DNA of 64,000 bases from a virus. Lineage: Duplodnaviria > Caudoviricetes. The stretch is taken from IMG/VR virus record IMGVR_UViG_3300028797_000167, positions 1,596-65,595 of that record, one strand, 5' to 3'. Below the pieces are notes generated by a model that was not told the DNA's origin, did no database searches, and saw only the letters and a list, made by a program, of their open reading frames with translations. Within the stretch, counting starts at the first letter, position 1. The number at the start of each line of letters is the position of its first letter. The position numbers and the translations under genes were made by a program. Positions 38,383-48,843 of this stretch are shown one piece after another.

Positions 38383-41274
38383 TTATTGAGGCTTCTTCTT
38401 ATATTTATCTTGGTATTGATAATTAAATGGCATAAAGTTGCCTCTATACTTTGCTTCAGATGCCTTTGGTTTATAAGCTTTATTAATCAATGGTATCATA
38501 TTCAAAGCATTATATTTTAATTCATTAGTCTTATCTACACCTCTTTCTTCTTTACGAGTAGCTTCTTCAGTATTAGATAAACCATATGGATTATTTATGA
38601 ATGACCCACTTTCATATGTATTAATAAATGGAGATACAATAACAGGTGTACTATAAGTTGCTACATTCTTCGGTCTAGAATCCCTAAAGATATTTACTAT
38701 CTCTCTAGCTTTCTTAGCTTTATCTTCTGCAATATCTGCGGCTTTACCCTTTTCAATTACAGCAGCTTTAGTTGCAGTAGGATTAGTTCTCATTACTTCT
38801 TCTAAGGCAGGTTGAATAGTATACCTAAAACGGTTCTTATCTTTACGACCAGTAAATGCACCTATAGCTTCTTTAGACGGTCTTTCAAAGCCACCAGCCC
38901 AACCAAATGCAGGGTCACCTTGAATCTCACCAGCACGAAGTCTAATATTATTATGGTCAAGCATTGTAGCAATATCATCTAAGAAATTTTCAGGCGATCT
39001 ATTAGGATCATACATAGTCCTTAACTGGTTAAAAGATAATCTTCCATAAGGATCGCTACTATGAAGTTCAGATGTAGCAGGATTTCTAATGGCTCTTAAT
39101 ACATCTTTACCTCTATTAGCTATATCATTTGTAGACATAGTAGAAGGATCTTTGTATGCATATCCAGCACCCGGTTTATTTAATGCTATCTTAATATTAG
39201 CTACGAACTCTCTCTTTATTGCATCTTCATCAGCCTGAGTATGTACAGCCGGGAGTCGCCACTTTTTATATTCATCAAATACTCTATTAAGTCCATCAGC
39301 ATCTTTTATAGTCCTATCTAGAATACCTTCAGCAGCTTCTTCAACATAGGACTGTGCCTGTATCTGCGCACCTCTTCCAAAGGAAATTCCTGGTGCAGTA
39401 CGATGGTCTATATATTGACTAATGAAAGGATTAATTACTTTAGACTTTACTGCGTCATCTGCATTAGGCATAGATGCATTAACTTCTTTAATCAATAAAC
39501 CCTTTCCGTTATCCCATAGCCCTCTAGCTCTATAAGGCATATCAGTACCAGTTACAGGGGCTTTACCCCACTGGTCATAACCAGACTTATTAAAGATAAC
39601 TTGGTCTGCGGTCTTAGGCAAATTAGCTTCAGAGTATACAAGCTTAGAAGCTGCAATGTCTTGTGCAGAAGGGTTATAATAATACCTTTCAGCATTATCA
39701 GGATTAACCAAAGATGCAATTTCATTATTAAGATCAGTAGTGTTATTAAGATCCTGTCTAGCTTCACCTCTAGCCATCTTAACAAGATCATCAGATCCAT
39801 ATTCAGTATATGCAGGATCAACACCTTCAGTTTCTAAAACTTGATTTACTTTTCTAATAAATCTAGGATCAGAATTTAACTTCTGTAAAAGAGCAAGTCT
39901 TGCGTCTTCATTTGCAAATGATTCTTTTTGTAAAGCAAGGGCATTAGATATAGCTTCTGCACGGTCTGGGTTAAGAATTAGATTATCGATATCTACAGGA
40001 TCTAATTCATTAAACTTACCCTGCTTAATAAGTGCCATTACTTTAGATGTAGATTCTTCTGCGGCTTCTTCTTCAGCGGTCTTACCAAGCTTTGTAGGAT
40101 CATAAGGCATACCCTTATACATATATTGATTTGCATTCTTATAATCTTGCTTAGCAATTTGATATGCATCTTCGGCAGCTTTAGATTCGGCTTCTAATCC
40201 TTTAAGCTTTTTATCCTTAAGATATTTAGAAACTTTATTTCCTACTGCACCACCGGCGGCACCCATTCCACCACCTACAAGAGTAGGTATACCATATGAA
40301 GAGGTTGTTTCGAATGTAGAAAGTTCATCTGGTCTTTCCCCACGAGCTATTTCATCGCCAAGGGCATTAGACGCACCTGCGAGAGCCGCACCACCCACTG
40401 GTGTAATAAACGGAGAGGCAAGAACCCCACCTACTGCACCTGCAATAGATGTACCTGCACCAGCCAACCCTCTAGATAACGGTTCACCATTTTCCGCTGC
40501 AACGGCAATAGGACTAAGCGGAGTAAACTTTAGGCCTATATCAATAGGATGAAAACCTTCTTGATATTCTTTCTTTGCTTTAGCTCTTTCAACTGCTTTA
40601 GTACTATCTTCAGGACTTACAATGTTTCCGGGGAAATTATAAATTGTAGAATCCCTAGTTACATCATACATATGCTTACGCTGCGGAGTTTCCTGTAGGG
40701 CTACAGTATCTACAATATTATAATCAGGTGCCTTTGAATAAGGATCATTACCTTCTAAGAAGTCCTTATCACTAATATAATCCTTGCCAGACTTTTCCTT
40801 AAGCTTTTGAAGCGTTACTTCAGGCTTGGTCATAGATTTTAGTTGACCAATTCTGGATGCTAGCTCATTAGCTGTATTTCTAAGTACAGCTTTATAATCA
40901 AATGGATTATATCTAATTTCAGGATTTACAGGTTCCGCCCCGGCATATAAAGAATCATTCGTTATATCAGCGGACAATGGAAGAGCATCACGTCTATCAG
41001 TATATCCAGCAGGAAGTCTATGAATATTATACAATGCTTTAGAAGCCATCTTATTACTAGTTTGAACATCTTCAGCATCAGGATTAAGATTATCCATCAA
41101 TTCCATAGCCTGACCAAGAGAAGATTTCTTTCCAAACGCTTCTCGTCTTTCAGGATATACATCAAGATAAGCTTTTACAAGTTCGCTATATGGGATACCA
41201 GACCCTTGTCTTTGAGCATTAGAAAACTCAAACGGGCTTATAAGCTTTACGGCTGTTTTATCTTGAGTAGCCAT
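38383..41274 (-). CDS. Large putative DNA ejection protein
   Basis: Syntenic with 4228-7197; shared GERPDE/GERGE and C-terminal YRGNFMPF/RGNYVPEF. Confidence 0.55.
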   Translation of the reverse strand: MATQDKTAVKLISPFEFSNAQRQGSGIPYSELVKAYLDVYPERREAFGKKSSLGQAMELMDNLNPDAEDVQTSNKMASKALYNIHRLPAGYTDRRDALPLSADITNDSLYAGAEPVNPEIRYNPFDYKAVLRNTANELASRIGQLKSMTKPEVTLQKLKEKSGKDYISDKDFLEGNDPYSKAPDYNIVDTVALQETPQRKHMYDVTRDSTIYNFPGNIVSPEDSTKAVERAKAKKEYQEGFHPIDIGLKFTPLSPIAVAAENGEPLSRGLAGAGTSIAGAVGGVLASPFITPVGGAALAGASNALGDEIARGERPDELSTFETTSSYGIPTLVGGGMGAAGGAVGNKVSKYLKDKKLKGLEAESKAAEDAYQIAKQDYKNANQYMYKGMPYDPTKLGKTAEEEAAEESTSKVMALIKQGKFNELDPVDIDNLILNPDRAEAISNALALQKESFANEDARLALLQKLNSDPRFIRKVNQVLETEGVDPAYTEYGSDDLVKMARGEARQDLNNTTDLNNEIASLVNPDNAERYYYNPSAQDIAASKLVYSEANLPKTADQVIFNKSGYDQWGKAPVTGTDMPYRARGLWDNGKGLLIKEVNASMPNADDAVKSKVINPFISQYIDHRTAPGISFGRGAQIQAQSYVEEAAEGILDRTIKDADGLNRVFDEYKKWRLPAVHTQADEDAIKREFVANIKIALNKPGAGYAYKDPSTMSTNDIANRGKDVLRAIRNPATSELHSSDPYGRLSFNQLRTMYDPNRSPENFLDDIATMLDHNNIRLRAGEIQGDPAFGWAGGFERPSKEAIGAFTGRKDKNRFRYTIQPALEEVMRTNPTATKAAVIEKGKAADIAEDKAKKAREIVNIFRDSRPKNVATYSTPVIVSPFINTYESGSFINNPYGLSNTEEATRKEERGVDKTNELKYNALNMIPLINKAYKPKASEAKYRGNFMPFNYQYQDKYKKKPQ

Positions 41275-41292
41275 ATCGTCTCCTTAAATTTA

Positions 41293-41350
41293 TATTCAAT
41301 GAATGAGTTTAGAAGATATATATCCATATGCTTTACACATATGGATATAT
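41293..41350 (-). promoter_or_regulatory. B-type hairpin + motif cassette
   Basis: tattcaatgaatgagtt plus atatatccatatg-N7-catatggatatat. Confidence 0.75.
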
Positions 41351-41354
41351 AAAT

Positions 41355-43337
41355 TTAAAGCCCTAAATTTAATTCTCTAAGGTACTTTTGAATTTCTGCA
41401 TTTTGCTTATCTAGGATATCATTCTTCTGGTTGAATTTACCAACACCAGTAGTAATCTGTCCTGTATAAAGCTTACCTAGCTCCATTACTTCTGGGCCAA
41501 ACGGCGAAGATCTTAATGCTCCAAGTACAACATATGCAGTATCATTACCACCATAAGCCTGTGTAGCCAAACCAGTAATAAGATTTTTAGCTTCTAAAGC
41601 TCTCTTTTCCAGTTCAGCATTAGCCCTAGTTAAAGCGGCTTCAGTAGTATTTCCTTCTTGCAATGCAGCTTGAACATTAGCCGCTGCAAGTCTAGCGGAT
41701 CTATATCTATTAAGAACATCTATACCACGCTTATAGGATGCTTCAGCCTTATTTCCTTTAGGTACAGGCGGTGGCCCACCATTATTTCCACCATTCTTCT
41801 TAATAATTTTATTATCACCATGAAGCTCAAATTGTTCATTACCAGAATTATAACCATTATTCTTATAATCATTCTGGTTAGACTTTCCATAGGCTTCTTC
41901 TAATTCACCTACTTCAGAACTAATAGGACTAATCTCCGTCAACGGCATTTTAAAGGACTGTCCTACATTTGCAAGGGTATTAAATACCTGGTTGCCACGC
42001 ATCTCTGCGTTAAATGCAGTTGCCCTATGCTGCTTCTCTGTTGCCATAGCAGCTTTATATGCCGCCAGATCTTCATTCATAGCATCAATTCTTTTAGTAA
42101 GATCTGCTTGAGAGTTCTGGTTAAGATAAGGTTTAAGTTCATTAAGCTTAGAAATCAACCCTACTTTCTTTTCATTAGTTTCAGGATCGACTGTATCATA
42201 CCATGCCGATTCAGAAGTACCATTAGAATTTACTAGGTCATTAATTTCCTGTAGCTTCTGTATACCTGCAGCCTTATTCTTCTTATCAGTCTTAAGCATA
42301 GCATCAATAGAAGAACCAAGAAAACTATTTAAAGAAGCTTGTGCGGACTTAAGTCTTGCATCACCAGTTTCATGAACCCTATTTGCTTCAGTCATAGCTT
42401 CACGAGCACCTTCATATACAGCCGGGAGGCTCATTAAGCCTTGTCCTTGCATATTAAGAACGGAACTTCCGAGTCCTGCAAGATTACCCTTCTGTCTAGT
42501 AAGGTCATCAGCCATAGCCTTAGTTGCATCTAACTGTCTAGTTCTAATTTTTTCTAGATTATCAGCTGCATCCATAAGGTTCTTGTCGCCCTGTTCCCTA
42601 AAGAAATTTGCGAGAGTCATAGTCTGTTCAGGATTATTAGTCCACGGAGCTACAGCTGCAATACCAATCTGTTTATTATATCCATCACGGCTGCGCTGCA
42701 ATAGCTCTCTCACTTCAGGGAGCATCATAGCTTCAGGATCACGCTTTGCAATAGCTTCTAAAGCAGAATTAACTTCTGGAGTAAGTTGCTTCAGCCACCA
42801 GTTTTCAGGTACAGCCTTTGTATTATCAGCTGGAACTTCTTCTGGCTTTTTATCCAAATCATTTCTAAATGGATAATTAGATGCAAAGGTTTTTTCCACT
42901 GGTTTTTCTCCGATATCTACATTGTAATAATGTGGCGGAGTAGATAGCTTACCTTTATAACCCGGCGGAATAGGACCATTAGCTGTAGGGCCTCTATCCT
43001 TATTATATGCATAACCAGCTTGTCCGGCTTCTTTATATATAGGGTTAATATGATTAAAAGAACTATCAGCCGGTTGACCATAATATTCTAATGATTCCGG
43101 GGTATCTTCTGGCTTAGGTTTAAGTTCTTTATTATTAGCATTCCATGCAGAATTGAATTCATTTCTATCCATAAATGCTTTAATAGAATCTTCATTATAA
43201 CCCATCTCACTTAGAAGACTCTGCATCTTCTTAGCTTGAGCTATAAGCAAGGCTTGTTCTTTATCCTTACGGGCTTTATCATTAGCTTCAGCCATTCGTT
43301 TTTGTTCTTCATTAAGATTGATTGTATCTACAGCCAT
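41355..43337 (-). CDS. Putative DNA ejection protein
   Basis: Homologue of 7273-9465. Confidence 0.55.
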   Translation of the reverse strand: MAVDTINLNEEQKRMAEANDKARKDKEQALLIAQAKKMQSLLSEMGYNEDSIKAFMDRNEFNSAWNANNKELKPKPEDTPESLEYYGQPADSSFNHINPIYKEAGQAGYAYNKDRGPTANGPIPPGYKGKLSTPPHYYNVDIGEKPVEKTFASNYPFRNDLDKKPEEVPADNTKAVPENWWLKQLTPEVNSALEAIAKRDPEAMMLPEVRELLQRSRDGYNKQIGIAAVAPWTNNPEQTMTLANFFREQGDKNLMDAADNLEKIRTRQLDATKAMADDLTRQKGNLAGLGSSVLNMQGQGLMSLPAVYEGAREAMTEANRVHETGDARLKSAQASLNSFLGSSIDAMLKTDKKNKAAGIQKLQEINDLVNSNGTSESAWYDTVDPETNEKKVGLISKLNELKPYLNQNSQADLTKRIDAMNEDLAAYKAAMATEKQHRATAFNAEMRGNQVFNTLANVGQSFKMPLTEISPISSEVGELEEAYGKSNQNDYKNNGYNSGNEQFELHGDNKIIKKNGGNNGGPPPVPKGNKAEASYKRGIDVLNRYRSARLAAANVQAALQEGNTTEAALTRANAELEKRALEAKNLITGLATQAYGGNDTAYVVLGALRSSPFGPEVMELGKLYTGQITTGVGKFNQKNDILDKQNAEIQKYLRELNLGL

Positions 43338-43340
43338 AGG

Positions 43341-43694
43341 TTAATCTCCCCATAGGTCTTCATTTCCAAACATAGATCTATAATTAGACGTGGCTTCATT
43401 ATAGCGGTTCATAGCATTAAATAGCTTAGGATCAATTCCACTAGATACCATGTTAGTATCATATTCATCGATCGTTCCATCATCCATATCGAACTGGTCG
43501 TAAGGATTTACTGCATCGCTTGCTGCGCCCCATTTACCCATGAAGGCAATCTTAGCTACATCACCAATATCTTTAATAGCCTGTGTACGAGCCTTCATCC
43601 AAGGTTCTAGTTTAGCCATTTCAGTTTTATAACGCATAGCATATACGTCGCCAACGTTAGGATTAATATTAGTAGGATTAATAGTAATAGCCAT
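43341..43694 (-). CDS. Small ejection-cluster protein
   Basis: Homologue of 9467-9802. Confidence 0.6.
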   Translation of the reverse strand: MAITINPTNINPNVGDVYAMRYKTEMAKLEPWMKARTQAIKDIGDVAKIAFMGKWGAASDAVNPYDQFDMDDGTIDEYDTNMVSSGIDPKLFNAMNRYNEATSNYRSMFGNEDLWGD

Positions 43695-43705
43695 TGTATA
43701 ACTCC

Positions 43706-44476
43706 TTAGTAATTGAGAGGCTGACCAGAAGCTCCGCCAGCATTTGCAAGAAGGTTAGTGTAGTTACCAACATAGTTAGCGTAAGTATTAGCCTTAGAAT
43801 TGTTGTTGTTAATGAGTGCAGAAGTATAATCACCCCAAGCTCCCATTGCATCGCCCATATACTTACCATAAGCATCAAGCTGACCTCTATAAAGATCAAG
43901 ATACTGCTTAGCTGCGGCTTGCTTATTGCCTTCTTCAGTTCCCCAAATATCTGCTTCGATCTGCTTATCTTTCATATAGGCTTCAAGAGCGTCCTTATAA
44001 GCCTTTTCAGCGTTTGCAGAAGCGGTTGTAGACATCTGGTTAATTAAGCCGGACGAATAAAGATTACCAGCATTAGATGCACTATTTTCTAATGCATCAA
44101 GCTGCATCTGGTTATTAAGCTTCCAACCTTTATCGTAGAATTGTTCGATAGATCCCTGATAATTAAAATCAGTAGGATTATAAATCGCGTCAGACATATC
44201 CTGCGATAATAGGTCTTTATACTTAGTAGCATATTCTTTTACAGCTGCTTCATCACCATATAGATCTGTAATCTTATTTCCGAATTTATCTATATAGCCT
44301 TTATTTTCATCATAAGATTTCTTAGTATTACCCCAAGCATCAGCCACGCTACCAGCAGCCATCAAAGCGCCTTCTTCAGCACGCTTTGCAGCCTTCTCCT
44401 GCTGGCTGGCATTATACATATTGTTAGCAATACTAGCGGCGGCGAGAGCACCACCTACAATTAGAGCTGGAACCAT
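43706..44476 (-). CDS. DNA injection protein (gp7-like)
   Basis: Homologue of 9815-10573 (QLDALE.SASNAG.LYSSGL). Confidence 0.6.
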   Translation of the reverse strand: MVPALIVGGALAAASIANNMYNASQQEKAAKRAEEGALMAAGSVADAWGNTKKSYDENKGYIDKFGNKITDLYGDEAAVKEYATKYKDLLSQDMSDAIYNPTDFNYQGSIEQFYDKGWKLNNQMQLDALENSASNAGNLYSSGLINQMSTTASANAEKAYKDALEAYMKDKQIEADIWGTEEGNKQAAAKQYLDLYRGQLDAYGKYMGDAMGAWGDYTSALINNNNSKANTYANYVGNYTNLLANAGGASGQPLNY

Positions 44477-44482
44477 AATGTG

Positions 44483-44902
44483 TTAGTCCTTTGAAATTAG
44501 AGTGAAACATCCAGAGACCTGCCATGCAACATCATCAGGCATATCTATAGAAAGTTGCTGTAAGCCTTGTTTAACTATAATACCCTTACATGAAGTAGTA
44601 GTAAGAATCATAGCCATATAATCATAAGACTTACAAATTGGAATATCAAAGGTCTGCGACCCAGATCCAATCTTATTCCATATACAAAGTTTTCCTATAT
44701 AAGTTACATTAATAGAAGGTGCGGAGTAATTTCCCCATGATCCTTCAACTGCGTTTAATGCATTGAATATAGAAAAGTTAGTAATATCCTTACAACTCTG
44801 TACGGCATTAACCGTTACAGTAGATACATTAGAAGGGGTGTTATTATTCTGCACCCCTCCTAATTGTACACTAATAGGTTGTTGATAATCTTTTGCATTC
44901 AT
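44483..44902 (-). CDS. Virion protein of unknown function
   Basis: Homologue of 10580-10975 (STVTVNAVQS...FSIFNALNA). Confidence 0.6.
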   Translation of the reverse strand: MNAKDYQQPISVQLGGVQNNNTPSNVSTVTVNAVQSCKDITNFSIFNALNAVEGSWGNYSAPSINVTYIGKLCIWNKIGSGSQTFDIPICKSYDYMAMILTTTSCKGIIVKQGLQQLSIDMPDDVAWQVSGCFTLISKD

Positions 44903-44903
44903 A

Positions 44904-46646
44904 TTAGAAGCTCCTTGTATTTCTAGCCTTAATCTTTGCAGTTGTAATTACAAAATCTACAGGGTCATCACAAGATACTTCTATAACAAAGAGTCTACCC
45001 ATCCCTAATCCATAATATTCACACTGGGCGTTATACTGTCCGGCTCTTCCTAGAGTGCTTTCTCCATAGAAGCTCCATGTATTTCCACCGTCATATGAAT
45101 ACCGCATAGATACTTTAGGGTTGAATCCTTGTTTAGTACGCTCCATATTATTTCCGATAGGTTCAGTAGGTTGTAGCTCTGTAGTTAAACCAGTGCCACA
45201 TTCAATTCTAAACATATCTACAATAATATTAGACATATCACTTACAATTACAGGGCTTCTTCTAAGGCGTCTAATCCTTCGACCATCCCATTCAGTGTGT
45301 TTATTTTGATCCATCACCACTAATGCATTAGCTTTATATGTACCAAAATAAACTTCACCGTTAAAGTTACAGGCGAAAGATGGATACCACATTTCTAAGG
45401 TATTTGTATTAGCATCCCTTGTACTTCTATTATGCCACATACCAGTTGTAAAATCATAACAGAAAGTTCTATTTGCAGTAGGCAAGCTTAATACATAGAA
45501 TGCATGTCCACTATAATTATATGCAAAGCCAAAAGCATCAGTGGATTTAACTTTAGCAATATATCTTTCTAATGCCGGAGTAGATATTCTTTGCGGTTGA
45601 GCAGATTGAGTTGCAGCCCATACAGCATTATCACCGTCGCCACCAGATCCTAACCAGCAGATTTTATTTTGAATCTTGGCCAAGGATTGAGGTGCGGATA
45701 TACCGATGTTTGTACCCATACCAGTTCTAGTTAAAGAATAATTACCTTCTTCATCAGAGCTTAAGCCCCATATATCGAAAGATTTATTTCCGAACACCCA
45801 TAGTTCTTGTGCGTTAATAGTTTCAATAGCCTTAACTACATCGCCATTAGCGGACATTACATGCTGGAATTGATATCGACCAAATCTATCTTTCCATCCC
45901 CATGAAGCGTCCGTTACAGTCTTATACTTAGGCGTTACACCATCAGCTTCATATACAATCTTTAGGACTTCATCGCCATAAGAATCTATTTCAGTTGTAG
46001 TTTCAAATGCCTTATAAGTACCACCTTGGAACGCACCCGGTCTAGATAAGAATATGAATCCACTTTCAGAATCATTAACTATAACACGTTCGCCCATAGT
46101 AATAATATGAGTGGCATTAATAGATATCCCATCATCTAGGTCGTCATAATCTTGGTTTCTAGTATCATAAGGGTTTTTAGGTAGCGGTATAGAATCAAAT
46201 GTATCTGCAACTTCCTCATCTAATGCATGTACAGAACATACGCGCATTTCTCTCTGTCCGTTAACTAAACACAAATGAGAATTTACACCACCAGACTCCG
46301 TAAATCTAACTGGTGTATTAGTCGCACCTATCTTTCCTACAGCAATTTTAGATAAGTCTGCATTGATTCTATATAAGGTATCATTAAATACTGCATACAT
46401 ATCTGGGGCATAATCAGGTCCTGCACCTACAGTAGTAAGGCCACGGCATCCTATAACCCCTTCAGGGAAAGTTAATACAGCTTTATTTCCGTCGATGGAT
46501 CTAAGAATCTTATTTGTATAGGATGAAGCATCTTTAGATCCTATAGCTTCTACATACATATTTTCCGAGAGTTCAGGGCTAGCCATTAACACGTCTAGTT
46601 GATAAGAACCCCCAATGAAATCTGGTTTTAAAACTCCGTTTGGCAT
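44904..46646 (-). CDS. Packaged-DNA stabilisation protein (P22 gp10-like)
   Basis: Homologue of 10977-12695 with the same motifs. Confidence 0.8.
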   Translation of the reverse strand: MPNGVLKPDFIGGSYQLDVLMASPELSENMYVEAIGSKDASSYTNKILRSIDGNKAVLTFPEGVIGCRGLTTVGAGPDYAPDMYAVFNDTLYRINADLSKIAVGKIGATNTPVRFTESGGVNSHLCLVNGQREMRVCSVHALDEEVADTFDSIPLPKNPYDTRNQDYDDLDDGISINATHIITMGERVIVNDSESGFIFLSRPGAFQGGTYKAFETTTEIDSYGDEVLKIVYEADGVTPKYKTVTDASWGWKDRFGRYQFQHVMSANGDVVKAIETINAQELWVFGNKSFDIWGLSSDEEGNYSLTRTGMGTNIGISAPQSLAKIQNKICWLGSGGDGDNAVWAATQSAQPQRISTPALERYIAKVKSTDAFGFAYNYSGHAFYVLSLPTANRTFCYDFTTGMWHNRSTRDANTNTLEMWYPSFACNFNGEVYFGTYKANALVVMDQNKHTEWDGRRIRRLRRSPVIVSDMSNIIVDMFRIECGTGLTTELQPTEPIGNNMERTKQGFNPKVSMRYSYDGGNTWSFYGESTLGRAGQYNAQCEYYGLGMGRLFVIEVSCDDPVDFVITTAKIKARNTRSF

Positions 46647-46655
46647 TAGTACCTC

Positions 46656-47417
46656 TTACCAGTTATGTGGTGCGTAGATTTCCCCGAACCAACCGTTAGT
46701 TCCATTAGGAAGATCACCCCAAGTTATAGTCTGATCGTTCTTATTAATGCTTACAATGGATTCATGTGCAGCATCAAATAAGGATTTAATCCCGGAAATA
46801 CTTTCCAAAGGCTGCTGGTATTTAATTGCAAGTCTATATGCCAATCCATACATTAAATATTCAACATACTGCATAGGCATATTAAGCTTATCATCATAGT
46901 TAGCCAACTCTATATTCTTAGAATAAGTAACTCTTAATGGGAAAGCAGTAGGACGGTCTAATAGAAGAGCTGTAAAGCTAGACCATTCTTCATAGGCATA
47001 GAAGTTAGGTGCACTAGATACAGGTAAAGTATAACGCATCATTTCAGCCGTGCCTATACGCTTTAGGGCGGTATATTGAATGCCAGTTTTATATCCTACA
47101 GAGTTAATAATCTTTGGTTGAATGGCTTCAATAATTATACCATGACCCCATGTAGATAATTCTGCCGGGATAATATTTTCATTTAAGAATTCTTCATCGT
47201 CAGATAATATGTATAGATTATATCCACTAGGAAGATCTTTAATTACTTGAGCAAACGGGATAAATACTTCCATGTTAGCTTGAGTAATTAATTGATTCAA
47301 TATATGTAGACCCATAGTGGTTCTATCACCAGAGAGGTCTGCGCCTTCTCCGAGTACCCCTGCATATCTATATGCAGATGTAAGTAAGTCTTTTACAGTA
47401 GTAATTAATTGAGCCAT
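46656..47417 (-). CDS. Head-tail adaptor (gp4-like position)
   Basis: Homologue of 12713-13477; start trimmed to MAQLITTVK after GGAG. Confidence 0.65.
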   Translation of the reverse strand: MAQLITTVKDLLTSAYRYAGVLGEGADLSGDRTTMGLHILNQLITQANMEVFIPFAQVIKDLPSGYNLYILSDDEEFLNENIIPAELSTWGHGIIIEAIQPKIINSVGYKTGIQYTALKRIGTAEMMRYTLPVSSAPNFYAYEEWSSFTALLLDRPTAFPLRVTYSKNIELANYDDKLNMPMQYVEYLMYGLAYRLAIKYQQPLESISGIKSLFDAAHESIVSINKNDQTITWGDLPNGTNGWFGEIYAPHNW

Positions 47418-47433
47418 ATTGTCTCCGTGTTTA

Positions 47434-47486
47434 TATTCAATGATTGAGTTAAATATAAATCCTATACTCCGAAGAGTATAGGATTT
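47434..47486 (-). promoter_or_regulatory. B-type hairpin + motif cassette downstream of coat gene
   Basis: tattcaatgattgagtt plus aaatcctatactc-cgaa-gagtataggattt. Confidence 0.75.
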
Positions 47487-47524
47487 ATTCACCTCCGAGG
47501 TATTAGAGGATTTACATTTTTATG

Positions 47525-48832
47525 TTAAGCAACCTTGATGTAGGCCACACGAGCAAGCTTCGTAAGAACGAGCTTAGCCATGTACGGCACGTCAACACGC
47601 ATGATAGACGTACGGTCAGCGATGTTGCCCTGTTCAGCTGTCTGGACGTTGATTTCAGCAGCCTTCATCTTACCGTTCTTAGCACCTTCAACGTCCGGGA
47701 ATTCGTAAGAGTCGAATTCGAGAGCGTCGCGGTCGCGGACCTGCACGATTGCATAGGTACCAGCAGCATTAGAAGTTACACCATCTGCATTGAAGAGCAT
47801 GGTAACACTAAAGTTGCCAGAAGAAGAACCGAGCGTGCCAAGGTAGTCCGTGCCATCAGAAGCATAACGCTTATAACCAATGGTCGGGTTAGAGTAATCC
47901 TTAATCGTAGCAACGGTGTCGCTAGTCGGACCATTCATAAAGCGGAGAGCTTCAGCGTCGATCTGGAGCTTACCAGAAGTTCCGGCAGCGTTAACGTCCG
48001 TAACAATGAACACGAAGTCTTCATTGGTCTGGATACCGTTAAGGTCAACGGTCTTAACCTTATTGCCATCGCCACCAGTGACAGTGAACGGCAAGCCATT
48101 GAACAAGCCAGTACCAGTAACCACACCAGTAGAGAAGTTGACAGCAGTGATCGTTTCAGTGCCAGCGAAGGTAACGAACGGCATGTAGTTTTCTTCAATC
48201 CATTCAGAACCGAAAGCATGAGCAATAACCGTGTCGCCATAGATCTTCTTCATAACTTCAGACGGCAGGAACTTACCGAGCAATGCATCGCCGAGAGCAG
48301 CGAACACGTCCGGGTGAGCAAAGCCGACCTTAGTACCAGCCGCACGAATAGCACGAAGCTTACCAGCGAGGAGAGCGAAGACCTTGGTAGAAGGAGTGCC
48401 GGACTTGTCAACGATAGCGGAGTCAGCACGGAACACGTTCTGTTCGATGATCTTCTTTTCGATAGAAGCACCGAGAGTGCGACCATGAGGTTCTGCAATA
48501 TCGCGTACGAAGTCTTCGATAGCAGTGAGTTTATTCCAGTCGTTAAGGTTGACCTTGGTCTTACCTTCAACGAGAGTGATAGACACGGGGAGTTCCCACA
48601 CATCACCATTCATGCCAGCGACATTAAGGTCAGCAGTACCTGCTTCAGCAATACCCGGATCAGGTACATAGAACTTATAGGTCATACCAGCTTTCTTACC
48701 CTTAACATCATCCTTGAAGTAAGAGCGAGAGAGACGGATATACGGGAGAGAGTCAAGCACAGCCGCAGCAAAGTACTTGAGTTTGAGATTGGTCAGTCCA
48801 GCGCCTGGACCAGCGAGATTAGATGCAGCCAT
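47525..48832 (-). CDS. Major capsid protein (P22 coat family)
   Basis: 435 aa, homologue of 13587-14873, high-expression codon bias. Confidence 0.85.
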   Translation of the reverse strand: MAASNLAGPGAGLTNLKLKYFAAAVLDSLPYIRLSRSYFKDDVKGKKAGMTYKFYVPDPGIAEAGTADLNVAGMNGDVWELPVSITLVEGKTKVNLNDWNKLTAIEDFVRDIAEPHGRTLGASIEKKIIEQNVFRADSAIVDKSGTPSTKVFALLAGKLRAIRAAGTKVGFAHPDVFAALGDALLGKFLPSEVMKKIYGDTVIAHAFGSEWIEENYMPFVTFAGTETITAVNFSTGVVTGTGLFNGLPFTVTGGDGNKVKTVDLNGIQTNEDFVFIVTDVNAAGTSGKLQIDAEALRFMNGPTSDTVATIKDYSNPTIGYKRYASDGTDYLGTLGSSSGNFSVTMLFNADGVTSNAAGTYAIVQVRDRDALEFDSYEFPDVEGAKNGKMKAAEINVQTAEQGNIADRTSIMRVDVPYMAKLVLTKLARVAYIKVA

Positions 48833-48843
48833 TGTAAGGCCTC